59,975 bases of DNA, filler included, from Sphacelaria rigidula (GCA_964200075.2; 9 parts of 9 records of this genome joined end to end with filler, not necessarily neighbours in it); one strand, 5' to 3'. Counted from the first letter of the whole stretch, positions 36,301-49,269 are shown. The notes: generated by a model from the sequence alone, not told the origin. Translations and numbers: made by a program.

Positions 36301-38505
36301 TTGGTTACTATTGCAGAGAGCGACAGTCGCAAGCAACGAGATGAACTTGTTCTTGGTACAGTCGACCCATGATACCCTCGGGAAGCGCGTATTTTAGCAG
36401 TACCACAAGCACTTACCGTTCCCAGCATCCGTCCTTAAAGAGGTTTACTTCGAAGCACCCCACTTCATCACACAATGAAGGAGTACACCCGACCACGCGT
36501 GCAATAAGGTCCGACCGTTCGGACACAACAGCTAGCCCAGCCAAGAACCAGCAGTCGCCTACAGCACCCTGAAATTGCGTTTGATCGGAAGAAACATCAC
36601 GCGTAGCTTGTCAGCGTTAACATCGAACCGCCGCGAGAACCAACAACGCCATTTCTAAAGAAGGCAGCACCGAAAATAATACGGACGTTTCTGGAAATCA
36701 TGTGTCAAGTTTCAATAGCCCCGTATTGTTGACGGGGCTAGCACGATCTGTCAAGTTTCATCAGAGTACATGTACAGAACAACGACTACGACAACGCCCG
36801 CCTAACGTACTGCGTTAATGAGACATTCAACTACCCAGGATATCAAATGTACAGTGGGCATGAAACCGGAATTGCCGTCCCTTAACGTCAAGCACCTCCG
36901 AAACGTCAAAGCGCAGTTCTCACGCCATATTACACAGATAGGACCTGCTTAATATCCTGAGGCTTGAAGGCACTCCCTTCGCTTCGTCCGAGCAGGGTCG
37001 TGGTGAGCTTGAAGCGCGGTGGGGTGAAGCGCCTCCACACTAGAGACAGCGCTTGCCGCGTGTGCGGCGCATCATCTGCCCACCTGTATCGTATGATGCA
37101 ACCCACCCAAAATAACAATAAAGAAGGTGTTGAGTGACGGGCGTACGTATGAGCGAATGGGTGCTGATGTGCAGGTCTCGACAGGCTTCGACTGAAGGGA
37201 GAGAACCGGCGCGACCCGAAAGGTACTAGTGTTCGTTGATCCTAGCACTCTCACCATGCCAGAGCTCAAGGAGTGTTGGGCGTGACCCTGCAACAGGAGC
37301 GGATAAATATCTCACCGGAAAAAATTGCACTTGCGCGTGACACAGCCATAGAAAAGCTTTCCCTGATTCGGTCCAGCCTTGCTAACAGTCACCACCTTGG
37401 CAGGCATGTCGCATCTGCACCGAAGTGCTTGCTGTGTCGGCAAGAGCAAATATACCATGGAATCGCCACCGCCGGCAAAAACATGAAGGGCGCGGCTCAA
37501 TGCGTACCATGATGAAATGATAGATCGTCATACAAAATTAGCGTCAACGTTGTGACTTTTGTGTAAGCTTTGCCCTTGTGCGCGACTGGGCCTTGTGCAC
37601 GATTGGGAGGCCGTATTGTGCACCACTTCGACAGCTGTCCACACATTCATCTGATAGCAACGCTCTGTTCACCTTGTCTTCTTCCTCGCCCAGGTTGGGA
37701 TTCTTGCTGGGCGGTGTGCTCACCCTGCCTGGTCGACCATCCAAACTTGTAGGCCTTGGGGGAAATCGCTCATCATCAAACTGGACCCCACGCCTATGTG
37801 TTATCGCAGAGCACAACGATGAACACCCACACGCGCGTCTCGTTACTTCCAGGGCCGCATCACCAAAATTAGATCAGACGAACACATTTTCAACGCATCG
37901 GGTAGGGTGCTGCCCCCCTCCCCAAGCACAAGATTTGCCTTCCACTCCGGCAATGGTAAAAAACATGCTCACGCCTACCTTTGACAGAGTTCTGCTATCT
38001 CCACCCATTTTGCAGAAGGTGAAAATGGCGAAGTACCGCTGCGTCCTTTGTTGTCCATCGTCGAAGGAGTTGCCGCTCTCAGCGTTGGGCCAGAAGTGCT
38101 CGAACCGCAAAACTTCAACTTCGAAACGTCGACATCATCCCTTAACTCCGACTCTCCGCTGTCTTCACCATCCCTTGATAATGAACAACTGCCTACATTG
38201 CCTTGCAAGGAGAGCGTGCGTGGAATTGGTGGTTGAAAAGTCAGCAGTCCTTGTTGACCACTTCCACCGGCATCTCTTGGTCTCTTTACACCAGTGCCAC
38301 CACGCATGTGGTGTTGTTTTGGTTTAGCCTTGGTGGAGGACATCACTGCATGAAGGGTAGCAGCAGTCTTCGCAGATCCCTCAGCAGGCGGTGGCGAGTC
38401 TAAGTAGTGATTCACGGCTCTGGTCACGTCGTTTCCAGCGCGCTCGAGGTAGAGACTCGCGATCCCCATGTCATCGCACCCCGTCGCTGCGGCAAACAGC
38501 TCCAT
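33376..38505 (-). CDS. Calpain-family (CysPc) cysteine protease with N-terminal UBA-like domain and GRF zinc finger; 5' part
   Basis: Phase-consistent exons 38505-37979, 37793-37673, 37431-37316, 37083-36945, 36568-36417, 35884-35755, 34730-34628, 34066-33973, and probably 33381 to the fragment end. Motifs: FDDERFPP..SL, CRC..VSKAGPNQGKLFYGC..CNFFRW, DIKQGAVGDCWFLA, LFKDGCW.RVLVDSWLP, WPCIVEKAFAKQHGSFEAISGG..EALTG. Confidence 0.93.
33492..33784 (-). mobile_element. tRNA-derived SINE family 2 (best-preserved copy, intronic)
   Basis: A box TGGTGCAATGG and B box GGTTCGATTCC. 3' end GAGACCACGG..GGGGTTCAAAGTGCGACAAATA. Confidence 0.8.
35120..35530. repeat. Long imperfect inverted repeat (foldback) in a calpain intron
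   Basis: The arms meet at TGCCAAGAGGGGG-taaaaagttg-CCCCCTCTTGGCA (~35325). Pairing continues through GACCCCATGGCCATGC/GCATGGCCATGGGGTC and out to about 200 nt per arm. Confidence 0.9.
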
Positions 38506-39336
38506 CCCCCAGAAACGCGTTGGGTTTCGCAGTCGTTCAGTTTCGCTCACTACTCACTGCTGTGGCGCGTCACTGCGCAGCTATACTGTACTGACTTCAC
38601 TCTTCTGTGCTCTTCAACGAACCTTCATCTACAACGTGCTGCTAGGAATATCAAAGGATCTTCAAAAACCTTGGCGAACATGAAACACTGTGTGCAACGG
38701 CAGCGAAACTCAGATTGGCGATCCTAACGCGGTGTTGTGTCTCCCTAAGAAGGGTGATACCTAGGTGCCGTTAAGCTTCTCAGACCCGCGGTGGACGGTG
38801 TTCCTGAGATTCACAACGCAAAACCGAACAGAAACGGAGATATCAAACAGAAATGGATCTCAACATGATAACTGACTTGATGGTCCAGCACTGTACAGCC
38901 ATTCTTGCAGCTATTGGACAATATCTCGAAAATAATGTCAAAGTGGAATATGGTTTGCTACTGCTACCATTTGGATCATGACTATTCAAAGTACTTTCGC
39001 CCGCGTAGGTGTGGTGTGCACCATTTTGTTGAACGAATACTGACCTTCCCGAAACAGCGAAAGGATGAGGGACAACTGGGAAATTGCACTGGTAAGAGAC
39101 TGATCAAGCGTTGAAAAATGGATCCACGTCTGTTTTGAAGTAGTTCATCCGCTGTCGTCTCAACTTTCGTTCCACCAGTTTGTGCACATCGAACTCGTTG
39201 CGACCAGTCTCGTGTACCGTCACTTGCAGCCCGCCCACTTGCGGCACTGGCGCAACACGATACTGTTGTCGTTTGTACTGAACTGCACGTTTTTATGGTG
39301 CAGAAGGCCTCTTTTGCACTCAGCAGCTGTGCGACG

Positions 39337-39713
39337 ATGGCGAACCATGAACATATGAGGATCGTTCGGTTTTTGTCATCGACAACGGTGGAAAATCGGT
39401 CGGGGCCATAACGATGTCGTGCGGCGGTGGAGCCGTGACATATCTATGGGAAGTAGAGACGTTCGAGGCAAAAACCCAGCGTATCGTCAACGTGTGGCAG
39501 AGAGCCGTCCAACAATGGCGGTCATTTTAATCCATTTTCTCAATCTGTTTCATTTCAATGATCGTCCATTCCCACATCTGCCTTGTTTATAATTCATCAT
39601 TTGTGTGTGTAATACGTGGGAGAGGCAGAGGGGTACGGCGGTGAAGCTGGTCCCCTACCGGCGAGAGCATGTGCCCACGTACCATGGATGGATGCAAGAC
39701 CCGTGGATCAGAG
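39337..39713 (+). CDS. NAT9: N-acetyltransferase 9-like GNAT protein, 5' exons
   Basis: Exon 39629-39713 encodes RGTAVKLVPYRREHVPTYHGWMQDPWIR, matching the NAT9 N-terminal motif V.LVPY..EHV..YH.WM. A tentative first exon is 39337-39363 (MANHEHMRI). Confidence 0.8.
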
Positions 39714-40211
39714 GTTCGTTCCGGGTGGCTTTCCTAAACGAGTTGGTACCGCTCACGTAACCACCAACACGAGCCGAGATATGGCTGTGCCCGACGTTTG
39801 CTTGGAAGATCCCATCGTGCTAAGCAAGGGTCATTTCCGGCGGCCACTTTATTTGATGTGGATTGCAATTTAGATTCAACTATTATACACAGCATGTAAC
39901 AGCCGATTTTATATTTTGGGGTTCAAACAAAATATGGGTCTGAAGTGGCANNNNNNNNNNNNNNNNNNNNNNNNNNNNNNNNNNNNNNNNNNNNTTAATT
40001 AATTAANNNNNNNNNNNNNNNNNNNNNNNNNNNNNNNNNNNNNNNNNNNNAGCAGATGTATACGTTTTCCCCTCGATCCTCCTTTTCCCCCGATCCTTCT
40101 CTTCTCTCGACGTTGTATTCGCCACTTGCTCGGTTTTGTTCACGTTCCTCTGGTTGGTCAATATTGTCATCATGTTGAAATTGGAGCGGATGAGTTTATG
40201 TGTGACCATAC

Positions 40212-40316
40212 TTTTCCTCAGAGCGTGTTTCAGTTTCGTTTTTCTTGGGTACGTCTATCACGAGACCACGGCTGGACCCCTGGGGGATCAGTTGAAGTGC
40301 GACAATCAATCAATCA
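40212..40316 (+). mobile_element. Retroposon 3' end with (CAAT)n tail (family T)
   Basis: TGGGTACGTCTATCACGAGACCACGGCTGGACCCCTGGGGGATCAGTTGAAGTGCGACAATCAATCAATC. Copies lie at 50413-50512 (-), 50730-50803 (-) and 57388-57468 (+). Confidence 0.7.
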
Positions 40317-43300
40317 TACACATCGACCACTCGATCAATCACTCGACGACTGGTCCCAGCTGTCTACCGTACGGTTCATGTTGCGGTCCACCTACAATAT
40401 CTATCGTGAGATGTACAGAGTATCGTGGAGATCAACGGCCTTTCATGAGCGTTTTTAGCGCAGTATAGCCCCCCCCCCCCCCCCCTCCCATTGCTGGCGC
40501 TTCGTCCTTGGTGATTGATGGCGAGTCCGGTCCGGCAAAAACCCGGCGTGCTCCGTCCCGGCTTGCAGGGATGCGGGATCAACCGCCTCATGACTACGGC
40601 AAACAAGATTATGACTACACTCCCCCGCTCCCCCCTCCGGCTGCTCCTTATGCCAATATGCCGTCGTCGAGGTTTCCGCCCCGGCACCAAGCTGCTGTAG
40701 TGGACGGGCGGTGACACATTCTAGACACTGCTCGCGTGGAATCCTACCTTCATATGCCAAATTCGCTTGTTTGCAGAAACATTGGTGCACAGTCGTTTGG
40801 ATCCTTCGCCTACTAGACCGTAGCCCGGGGAATTAACCGCCACCCCCGCCCCCCGTTTGGAATTGGACAGCGAGAAACGATCGCTGCTCTTTAATCGAAG
40901 ATAGATGGTGGGCACAGACGGCGAATCAGGAACAATATGAGATATTTGAAGGATTCTTGTGTAATGCATGGAAGAAACGTAATGAGCGCCAAAGTGTTGG
41001 AGGTGTCTCCATCAGGAGTAGGAACGATGCTCGATCTCGCAAGGGATGCGTGGTCAATGGTCAAACGACCTAACGCAAGCTACAAATGAGTACCCCCCCC
41101 CCTCCCTCCCTCCCGCCGGTGGGAATTTTTGTGTGGTATTTCGATCCTGTTATTGGAAAGGGTCTGCAGCGCCAGAAAGAGTCCAGGCTATGAAGAGGCA
41201 GATATCAAACGACAGCTTGTCAGACATGAAACTTTTGATTTTGAAGTAGAATCTTCATCTTCGAGATAATGATCAAAACAAGCTGCATTTGTTCATGCTC
41301 GATTATCGTAGCTGCGCTGTACGCCGCAGCGATGTTGCATACAACTTTTTCCACCCCCCGCTTATTCACGAACGGATAAGGGAGTATAGGGAAATCGTGA
41401 TCCCCGCAACGGATAGCTTTTCCGGTAATGGCCAGTCGTAACATAATCGATTACCTGTGCCTTCGGTGGTAGGGTGGGTTTGTCCCAGTTTGGCTTCATG
41501 TACCCACTTCTGACACGTTTTCTATGTAACGTCAACCCTAACTCTAACCCCAACCCAAGGCATACCGATAACCCTCGGGCAAGGGTGGCGAAAGTAGTTC
41601 CTGGGCGAACTGCGCACGGCGCCGCCTGGTACAAAAACGCGTCTGTGTGCGCTATAATACGGGATCTCTGGACTATCAGTCCCGCTAAAGATCCGAATCT
41701 CTGTCGTCACACTGCAATTCAACCCGAATCATATCAACCACGGATACTGGGACAAACACTACGGGTGATGAGTGTCCAACACCCACCCCCTGTGGTATGT
41801 TCTCCCAACGCCTTGTGTGTGTAGTATTGTAGCAGGATATTTCGTTTCGTAGATGCTGAGACTTCATGTAGATTCATACCACGTGGAGCTCAATGTGACG
41901 ACCAACCAATCGATCAATACCTGTGATCCCCCATTCGCTGGTTTACCGCTCAAATTTTTCATGAGACCATCTTCCGACCAACGCACTCCCCAACTTGCGA
42001 CAAGAATAATATTTACGCGCTAAAGGTGTGGGGAATTCAGGCTTTGGATACACGATGCACGAATGATGCTGATCCTCGAGTTTGTCCACAGCGGTGTAAA
42101 TGAAGAACATAATAGTGTGTGTTGAAACGTGCATAAGTAAGGTACAGAGACGTGTTGGTCAGCATAGTCCAAGGTACAATATGTCGAGGTCGAACCGCCA
42201 ACTGTACCAGCAATGACGTTCCTGCACTATAGATGGATAATGGGCTGTAGTCTTCTCCCTCTCCCGCCACCCGCGCTGCGGCATGTTGCTATCAACGTGG
42301 GCTTCGCCAAGGAAGACACCCGCGTTGATGCAGGTGGCATAGATCCTTTTTGTGGTGTGGGTTAGCATCTACCTGTTTCCGTCCGTCTGCTTCATACATG
42401 ATTAAGTCCTAATGGATCTGGACAACTATTCCGCTACGCGTCGAGATTCCCCCGTGAAATTTCCCGGATTTTTTTGTCAGGCCGCTTGGTGTGATTCGAA
42501 AAAATAAATGTACTCTGAGGCCGTGTCTTGTCAAATTGTTTTCGTGTCGAAAACGTGGGCAAACTTCATTTGGAGCGGGACAGATCGCTCGGTCACTTAC
42601 CAATCATATCGCTGGGAATCGCGAGGGGAGTAGTCTACAACCAAGTGTTGTGCGGTCTCACTCGTGGCGCGTTTCAGACAGATACAGTATTGTAGATAAT
42701 ACAGTATTGTACACCGAACACAACACAACAGTACGGTACAAAACAGGCGCACAACGCAAGGCACCAGCAGGGGTGTCGCAGTAACGGACAGCGCGTTGTT
42801 CGTCTTACCGAAGACGAAACAGTCAACTCACCCATGAAGCTTTCAACAGCGTGCAGCCAGCACTGCGTGCCGACTGACATTGTTTTCTGGAGAGAGACGA
42901 ACACAACGACAATATCGCAGCTCATGCAATCCAAACCGTCTCCGCAATGCGTGAGCACACTACGTACAACAAAACAGACAGTGGAAGCTCCAACACATGA
43001 GAGGGGCTCGAGTGTTTTTGCTGCGGTACAGTAGTAGTGAAGCAGGACGTGTCCCATGTTTTTGTCCCCCGTCTGGTGGTGGACAAGTCGTCAATTTTGG
43101 GCCCATGCCGAGTTTGAACACTCAGCCATGGTCACGCTTCTGTCAATTCACTTTGGGTCACCCTAATCTGTGTGTAGGAGGTTTGGCTCGTGATACGGGC
43201 TTCGCCCGCTAATTTAATTGAGTAGATTCTGTCCCGATACATCTTCGATTTGCCAAAACGTGCGGTCGAATCGAGTTCGCTCGTTTCTGATTCGTCCACG

Positions 43301-43558
43301 CTACTAATTTTCTCAGATGGTTTGAGAACATGAATGGCGTGAACGTGTCAGGTACGAGCAAATTTAATTCCACCGTATGTTTTCGAGTCAAGTACAATTT
43401 GATGAGACACGGCCTGAGAAAACGTACATCGTCCGTGTTTCCAGCAAAAACGTGTGACATTTGTGGGAGGTATTCTTGCCTCTCCAATATGGAGTACTTT
43501 TTCATGGATGTCATGTGTCTTCTCTGCACACCTTTTCATGGACAAGGATATCATAATA

Positions 43559-44209
43559 CTTCCTCTGTGCCATAAGTCTGTGCAGTTATGAACGTTTGAT
43601 TGTTTACGTATTTCAACGCTAGTGATCATCCTATAGTTGGGTTCGTCAGAGAGATAACGCGCAGACAAAGCTGACTCGAGAAAAGAAAAAAGAAAAAAGA
43701 AAAACTTGTTTTCAATACTAATTTCAGGTCAAAATATACCCCATGTTGGCCCTTTTTGGTCCACTTATACCCCAATGTTGACCGAGTTTGGACGTTTTTA
43801 CGCCGAGCACTGGCGATCACATGCTGAAAATTTGTCAGATGGGGCGTGCGTATGTTGACGTCACGGAGATATCCAAATCAGTGGAGGTTTTGCGGTTTTC
43901 ATCTTTTTTTTCACGCACTGCTCGGGAGGCCGACCTTGGGCAAAACTGTCCGTCCAACGTGTACGATCTTTCGCGATTTCCGGGTCTCCTGTGCTTGACT
44001 TGCAAAAAAAAGTGATGAATGCCCAAATTCTGACCGGCTCACGTTTCCTCGGTCTCGAGTCTGCACGGGTCAAGCACCCATGTTGCAGAAAGAGTATTGG
44101 TTTAAGCTCAAAAAACGCCAACGAATGCAGCCAAAAAATCGAAAATCAAATCGGACATCGTTAAGGGCTCATATAAACATAACTCCACAGACTTATGGCA
44201 CAGAAGAAG
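43559..44209. mobile_element. Stowaway/mariner-like non-autonomous TIR element (651 bp)
   Basis: TA|CTTCCTCTGTGCCATAAGTCTGTGCAGTTATG ... CATAACTCCACAGACTTATGGCACAGAAGAAG|TA. Confidence 0.85.
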
Positions 44210-44655
44210 TATTTTCCCAGAGATGAAATTAGGTAGGAAAGAATGCCCAGCAAACATGCCTCCTAACCGCGAGTGCTGTAGGGGGGGGGGCATATGCTGC
44301 AAGAGATGGATATATATGGATATGATCTGTTAATGGCAACAAACATCTGCGAGCCAGTACTGAACTGTACTGTGCCATACTGTGCTGCAACCAGCTCAGT
44401 AGAACTATGGCTAGCTGTCTGAGGAGCAGGATTACTTGCCCGTAGTCACTGCTGTACAGTACGCTGCAGTTGCCTTGTGCACACGATACGGCCGCAGCAG
44501 GGCGATCGTGATGTCGACGAAGACTACCATCCCAGAACACGGACCACGTGTCTTTCAGGGCAAGAGCACCTGTCCATCCTTGTTCGCTGCCGCTGCCGGC
44601 CGTTCGCAGTAAGGTTTACCCCAGTCGGCCTTCAAATTATTCATGGTTGATATTA

Positions 44656-45915
44656 CGAGCTGGGCCAGCCTAAAAGCGATTCTGTAGTTTGCAGGCCCAT
44701 TATACGGCCAACATCTAAAGTTGGACCCTGAAATTTGGGATGGACAATGAAGAGGGCATAATGAAAATTACCAGTGCACACAAGTTTGTTCGTTTTTTCC
44801 ATGAGTTCGGGGCATTTTACCGATTTCCGAAAACTGATTATTGCCCTTAACTCATGAAAGAATATATAAATAGCTCTTGTGTGCACTGGTAATTTTTTTC
44901 ATTATGCTCTATTTATTCATTGTCCATATCAAGTTTCAGGGTCCAACTCTAAGTAATGGCCGTATAATGGGCCGTTTAGTGACGGGGTCAGAAGGAATTC
45001 GGAACAGTATTTTGCAGGCCACTCACTGGCGCTTGTTTGGTGTATGTGTATTGAAACTGTGTGGGCCGTGGCTAGGGCATAATGGACGAAACAAAGTGGG
45101 TCAGGTTGATTTTTTCTTTTCTTTTTCACTGGTTCAGGGCGTTTTAATATGGAAACCGCCATTGTTTAACGGGAACGCCCGAACCTCTCCCTCCCCCCCA
45201 AAAAATGCTGAGGGCCCATTTTTTTTTAATTATTATTCAGCATACCTCTGTGGTTCTTCATCCTGAGTTTCAAATTACAAGTCTAAAAATTGAGCTGAAA
45301 AATTGAGTGAAGGCCCGGAAGCAGTCTTCATTTCTCCTCAAAACTGCCCCAAACACCCGAAAAAAATGAAGAAAAAAATGGAGAAGATGAATAAGCTGCG
45401 TTTTTAACCCTTAGACCGCGAGGTTAGTCTTCTGTTGAATCGGCATCAATTTCAAGTGAGAACAAGCTGCATGATCCAGAAAGACTAATCTCGCCGTCTA
45501 AGGGTTGAGCATTATTATGCACAGCGGTTCTCCATACGAAATTTTATAGCATGACTCTCAAAAACTGACACGCGATATCGAGGTTTAAGTACGAAAAATT
45601 ATGTGCGCCATATCTCGAGATAGATTACGAATTAGGTGAGGGTGAGGTATATATCGTCTCCCCGTGCTCCAGGGAATGTCCACACCAAAATTCGTCATCC
45701 GCTGAATGCATCGATCGGAGGTTTCATTGAGATTTTAGTATAGACGCTATCTCCCTTAGTTACAACGAGAAAATATGGGCCCAGTTTTTTTAGCAGATGG
45801 GCACCTTCCCCTTGGTTGGACGATCATTACAATATGCAGATCATGGCCCAACTCGTCCGTGTCGACGAGATATTGTTTTGAGAGCTTGAATCCGTGTCTA
45901 GGCTGGCCCAACTCG
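44656..45915. mobile_element. Mariner-like non-autonomous element (1.26 kb) with internal palindrome
   Basis: TA|CGAGCTGGGCCAGCCTA ... TAGGCTGGCCCAACTCG|TA. Internal inverted arms at ~44694-44785 and ~44876-44973. Homologous to 53401-55059 in the opposite orientation. Confidence 0.8.
45408..45504. mobile_element. 97-bp piggyBac-like MITE nested in the mariner-like element
   Basis: TTAA|CCCTTAGACCGCGAGGTTAGTCTT ... AAGACTAATCTCGCCGTCTAAGGG|TTGA. It is absent from the second copy of the host element. Confidence 0.75.
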
Positions 45916-46802
45916 TACGTGATTTCAGTGTTGAGACAGTTCCAAGCGTTACCAGCTTGAATGAAACGTTTATTGTCAAAATCGGCGCCACAGGCGCGAA
46001 TTCGAGGTCTGCCAACTCACACTTTGCCTGTAACGAACACCCTTCACACACACAACTTGCCCGAGGGTGCTCGTTATGCCTTGGGTTGGGGTTAGCGTTA
46101 GCGTTATTTCTACAATGGTGTCAACCGCAAATTTGGAAAAGAACTGATGTAAACTCACCGCGCCGTGCCTGTGAGCTGTGTGTGGGTGAAGAGCGGAGCA
46201 CTCCAGGCTCGACTAGTTCACACTAGCTCTGAGTTATATCCTGTCCCGTTTTCTTGACCGAAAAAGCTATGATGAGCGTCACGCGGACGTGCATCCACAA
46301 ATGGGTGTAAAATCGAGAGCAAGAATCAGCAGAGGTGTTGCAAAAACTTCCAAGGGCAGTTCGGGTTTCGTATCCCGGTACTCGGTATTCTGTAAAGTCA
46401 TACCTCATTATAGTAACCAGACATTCGTGTTGAGTATTGAAATCGTCCCCAACTTTCGTGAGTTCTCGTTAGAGTTTTGAGGTTATACCCAGGTATTGCT
46501 GAGAGTGCTCACCATGTGTTTGGGAAGAGTATCGAGATCATCCGCGACACTTTCTACGATAGCCCCCCCCGAAAACCAGCCCAAAAGTGTCACGAAACAA
46601 ACGGTCATACAGCGCCTGATGTTTGNNNNNNNNNNNNNNNNNNNNNNNNNNNNNNNNNNNNNNNNNNNNTTAATTAATTAANNNNNNNNNNNNNNNNNNN
46701 NNNNNNNNNNNNNNNNNNNNNNNNNGGCATGCATGATCATGAGTCCCCCCCCCCCCCCCCCTTCTCTGCGTGCCCCTTGTCTTCTTCGTTACTGTCGATC
46801 AG

Positions 46803-47377
46803 GCGAGTTGATTGGCGGGAGTCAACGCGAGGAGCGATTGGAGCAGCTGGAGGCTAAGATGATGGAGTTCGGCTTGGAACCCAAGGACTACTGGTGGTAC
46901 AACGACCTTCGCAGGTGAACTCTAGACCCGACAGTACCACTATGTACAATGATGAAATTTAATGCCTACGGCGGTCAGTTGATTTACATCCATCCATTTT
47001 CTCCCATGATGTCACAATTCTCACGCCCCTTGAATTGGGTGTCCTGATAAAGTTGATCGTGGTGAGTGTGTGCAGAGCTTTATATCTCACGACGGCTGCG
47101 TTCCACAAAAGCATCGAACTTCAGCTGATGACGGCATCATCGTTATGTCGGCGCTCACCTCCCCCAATCCCCGCGGCTGTATTTGTTTACTCGTTGCGTA
47201 ACGTGTATTCATGGATGCTGTACTTTACCGCCTTGGTTTGCTCGTTGCAGGTACGGCAGCGTGCCGCATGCGGGGTACGGCCTGGGATTTGAGCGCTTAG
47301 TATGTTACGTCACAGGGGTAGAGAACATCCGGGACGCGATCGCTTTCCCGCGCTCACCTCGTAGTGCCGAGTTTTAA
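46803..47377 (+). CDS. asnS: Asparaginyl-tRNA synthetase, last two exons
   Basis: Exons 46803-46914 ([25 protein letters not shown]) and 47251-47377 ([37 protein letters not shown]). This is class IIb motif 3 with AsnRS-type wording. Confidence 0.93.
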
Positions 47378-49269
47378 GTTTTGGCTAGCAGGTGCTGTTG
47401 CGGACGACTACGTCTTTGCAGCTTTACCTCGGTTTTTTATCGCGTCGCCGTGTACTCAACGTCACCTACTCCATGTGCTGTTTCCAGAAGGGCGTTTCAT
47501 CGTTTGTTGGTAGCGATGTGAAATTGGGTGTTCAAGCATCAGGCGAACGTGCTCAGTGGTGAATGACACCCCCCCCCGCCTTATGAAGGTTGTGATGGTT
47601 GCTCCGTCTCGAAAGAGATGCGTGGTCAATTGTCACACGACTAAGGCAAGAAAAAAATGAGTACGCCCCCCCCGCCCGCCTTCTGAACGACCCCGGTTGA
47701 AGAGTTCGTTGACCTCGTTCTACTCCACGTGTGAGGTGGCCACACTACCGAACGTGGTGTGAGTGAAGAAATGCGTTAGTATGTATCGAGTGTTCGGATC
47801 TCTCGAGATCGGGACTGCAGGATCTTGCTCCGCGAGACCACCGCGACCACGACACTTGGGTTAGGGTACATGTGGGATACAGTCTGTTGCACGGTTGAAA
47901 CATTGCACAAGTCGTTCGACTTGGAGGCTGCCGCCTTCGGAGTGAAGTACACAATACTCGAAACACGAAGCTTCTGGCAAAGTATGCACGCTCGTGATCA
48001 GGCCAACAGTCCGCGCTGTATGAGTCCCCACCCTCCAGGAATCAAGACTTCGAATATACAGAGTGGTGTACTCGCAGCAGTGACATTAGCTCACTCTAAG
48101 CAAGAAATTTACCCAAGAAGCGCTTTCACTCGCACGCGGGAGCCCTCGAACATGAACCTCCAGGTACAGTCGCACGCATTGTTTTGGTTTGAGTGACTAG
48201 GGCCATAATGCTGCAGGCATATGCGCTTGCGGCTTGTAATTTTCGTCGTTTTTCATGTTGGGTCTGTCAGGGAAAACACGAAAAAAGTGTGTCGTTTTAT
48301 TGACTTGGGTCATTCCTTGATCGATTGACACGAATGCCGGTATCAGCTCACAGTGCGAATCTCGCACCACACGATGCATTCCCGTGTATGTAAGATGATT
48401 CTGTGAGCTCTTGTCTCTTTTTTTAGTAGCCATCACATGCGAAAATCAATATTGCGTGTTCAGACGACAGGCGACAGAGAAACGCCGTAGGCCAGCAGGT
48501 CCCAAATGATATACGTGGGGGAACTACCACATGGAAGGCAAACATTTTGACAAGTGTCCGTCGAGGAATCACCGTTTCACATGGGCGACGCCATGAGATA
48601 CTCGTACGCTTCATAAAGAGAAGGTCAAGGGTTCCAACCCCGGCTAGGACCAAAAAGCGACTACAAAGTTGAGCGGGGACGACAAAGTCGTGAAAATCGT
48701 GGGGAATCAGATAATTGGTCGGTGCGACTTCGAGGCAGAGTTGACGGACTTATCACGGGCAGGTCCTTGTGGAGATTGTTGGCTTGGCAACCTAACACAC
48801 GTGAAATATATGTGAAGAAAGCTGTATGTCCTGACTGCTAGCTGGCGAAAAAGGTTACCCCTTCGAACGTCTTCCCGTTAAATTAACGTACGAAGACGCT
48901 CATGAAGAGGGGGGAGGGGGGGAGGGGCATACTCATTTGTTGCTTGCCTTAGTCGTGTGACGATTGACCACACACCCCTTTCGAGACGGCCCATCATGAA
49001 AAGGGGGTGGGGGGGGGGGGGGGGGGGGGGGGGGGGACCCCGCCAGGAAAGGGAAAAACCCAAAGTTTCCGTCGGGAAAAAACCCCCCCNNNNNNNNNNC
49101 CGGCGCGGCGCGGGGGCGAAGCGCCCGCCCTGCGACGGGGGGGGGGGAGGGGGGAGCGGGGGGGGGGGGGGGGGGGGGGGGGGGGTGATGTGGGAACCAC
49201 TGCATGAAAGTGAAAAACTCCAAGTGTCCGTCGAGGAAACACCCTCCCACAGGAACCTGGTCTAGAGAT

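Noticed and set aside
29689..38505. Calpain fused to EF-hand (calcyphosin) exons, like a classical calpain
   Set aside because: The two lie on different 6,575-bp fragments separated by an artificial linker. The shared strand is coincidental.
42832..42886. Isolated exon-like segment with strong splice sites (- strand)
   Set aside because: It could not be chained to other exons or assigned a recognisable product.
49002..49190. G-quadruplex or poly-Pro/Gly ORFs
   Set aside because: Long G-runs around an internal N gap look like low-quality sequence, with a garbled duplicate of 49207-49245.
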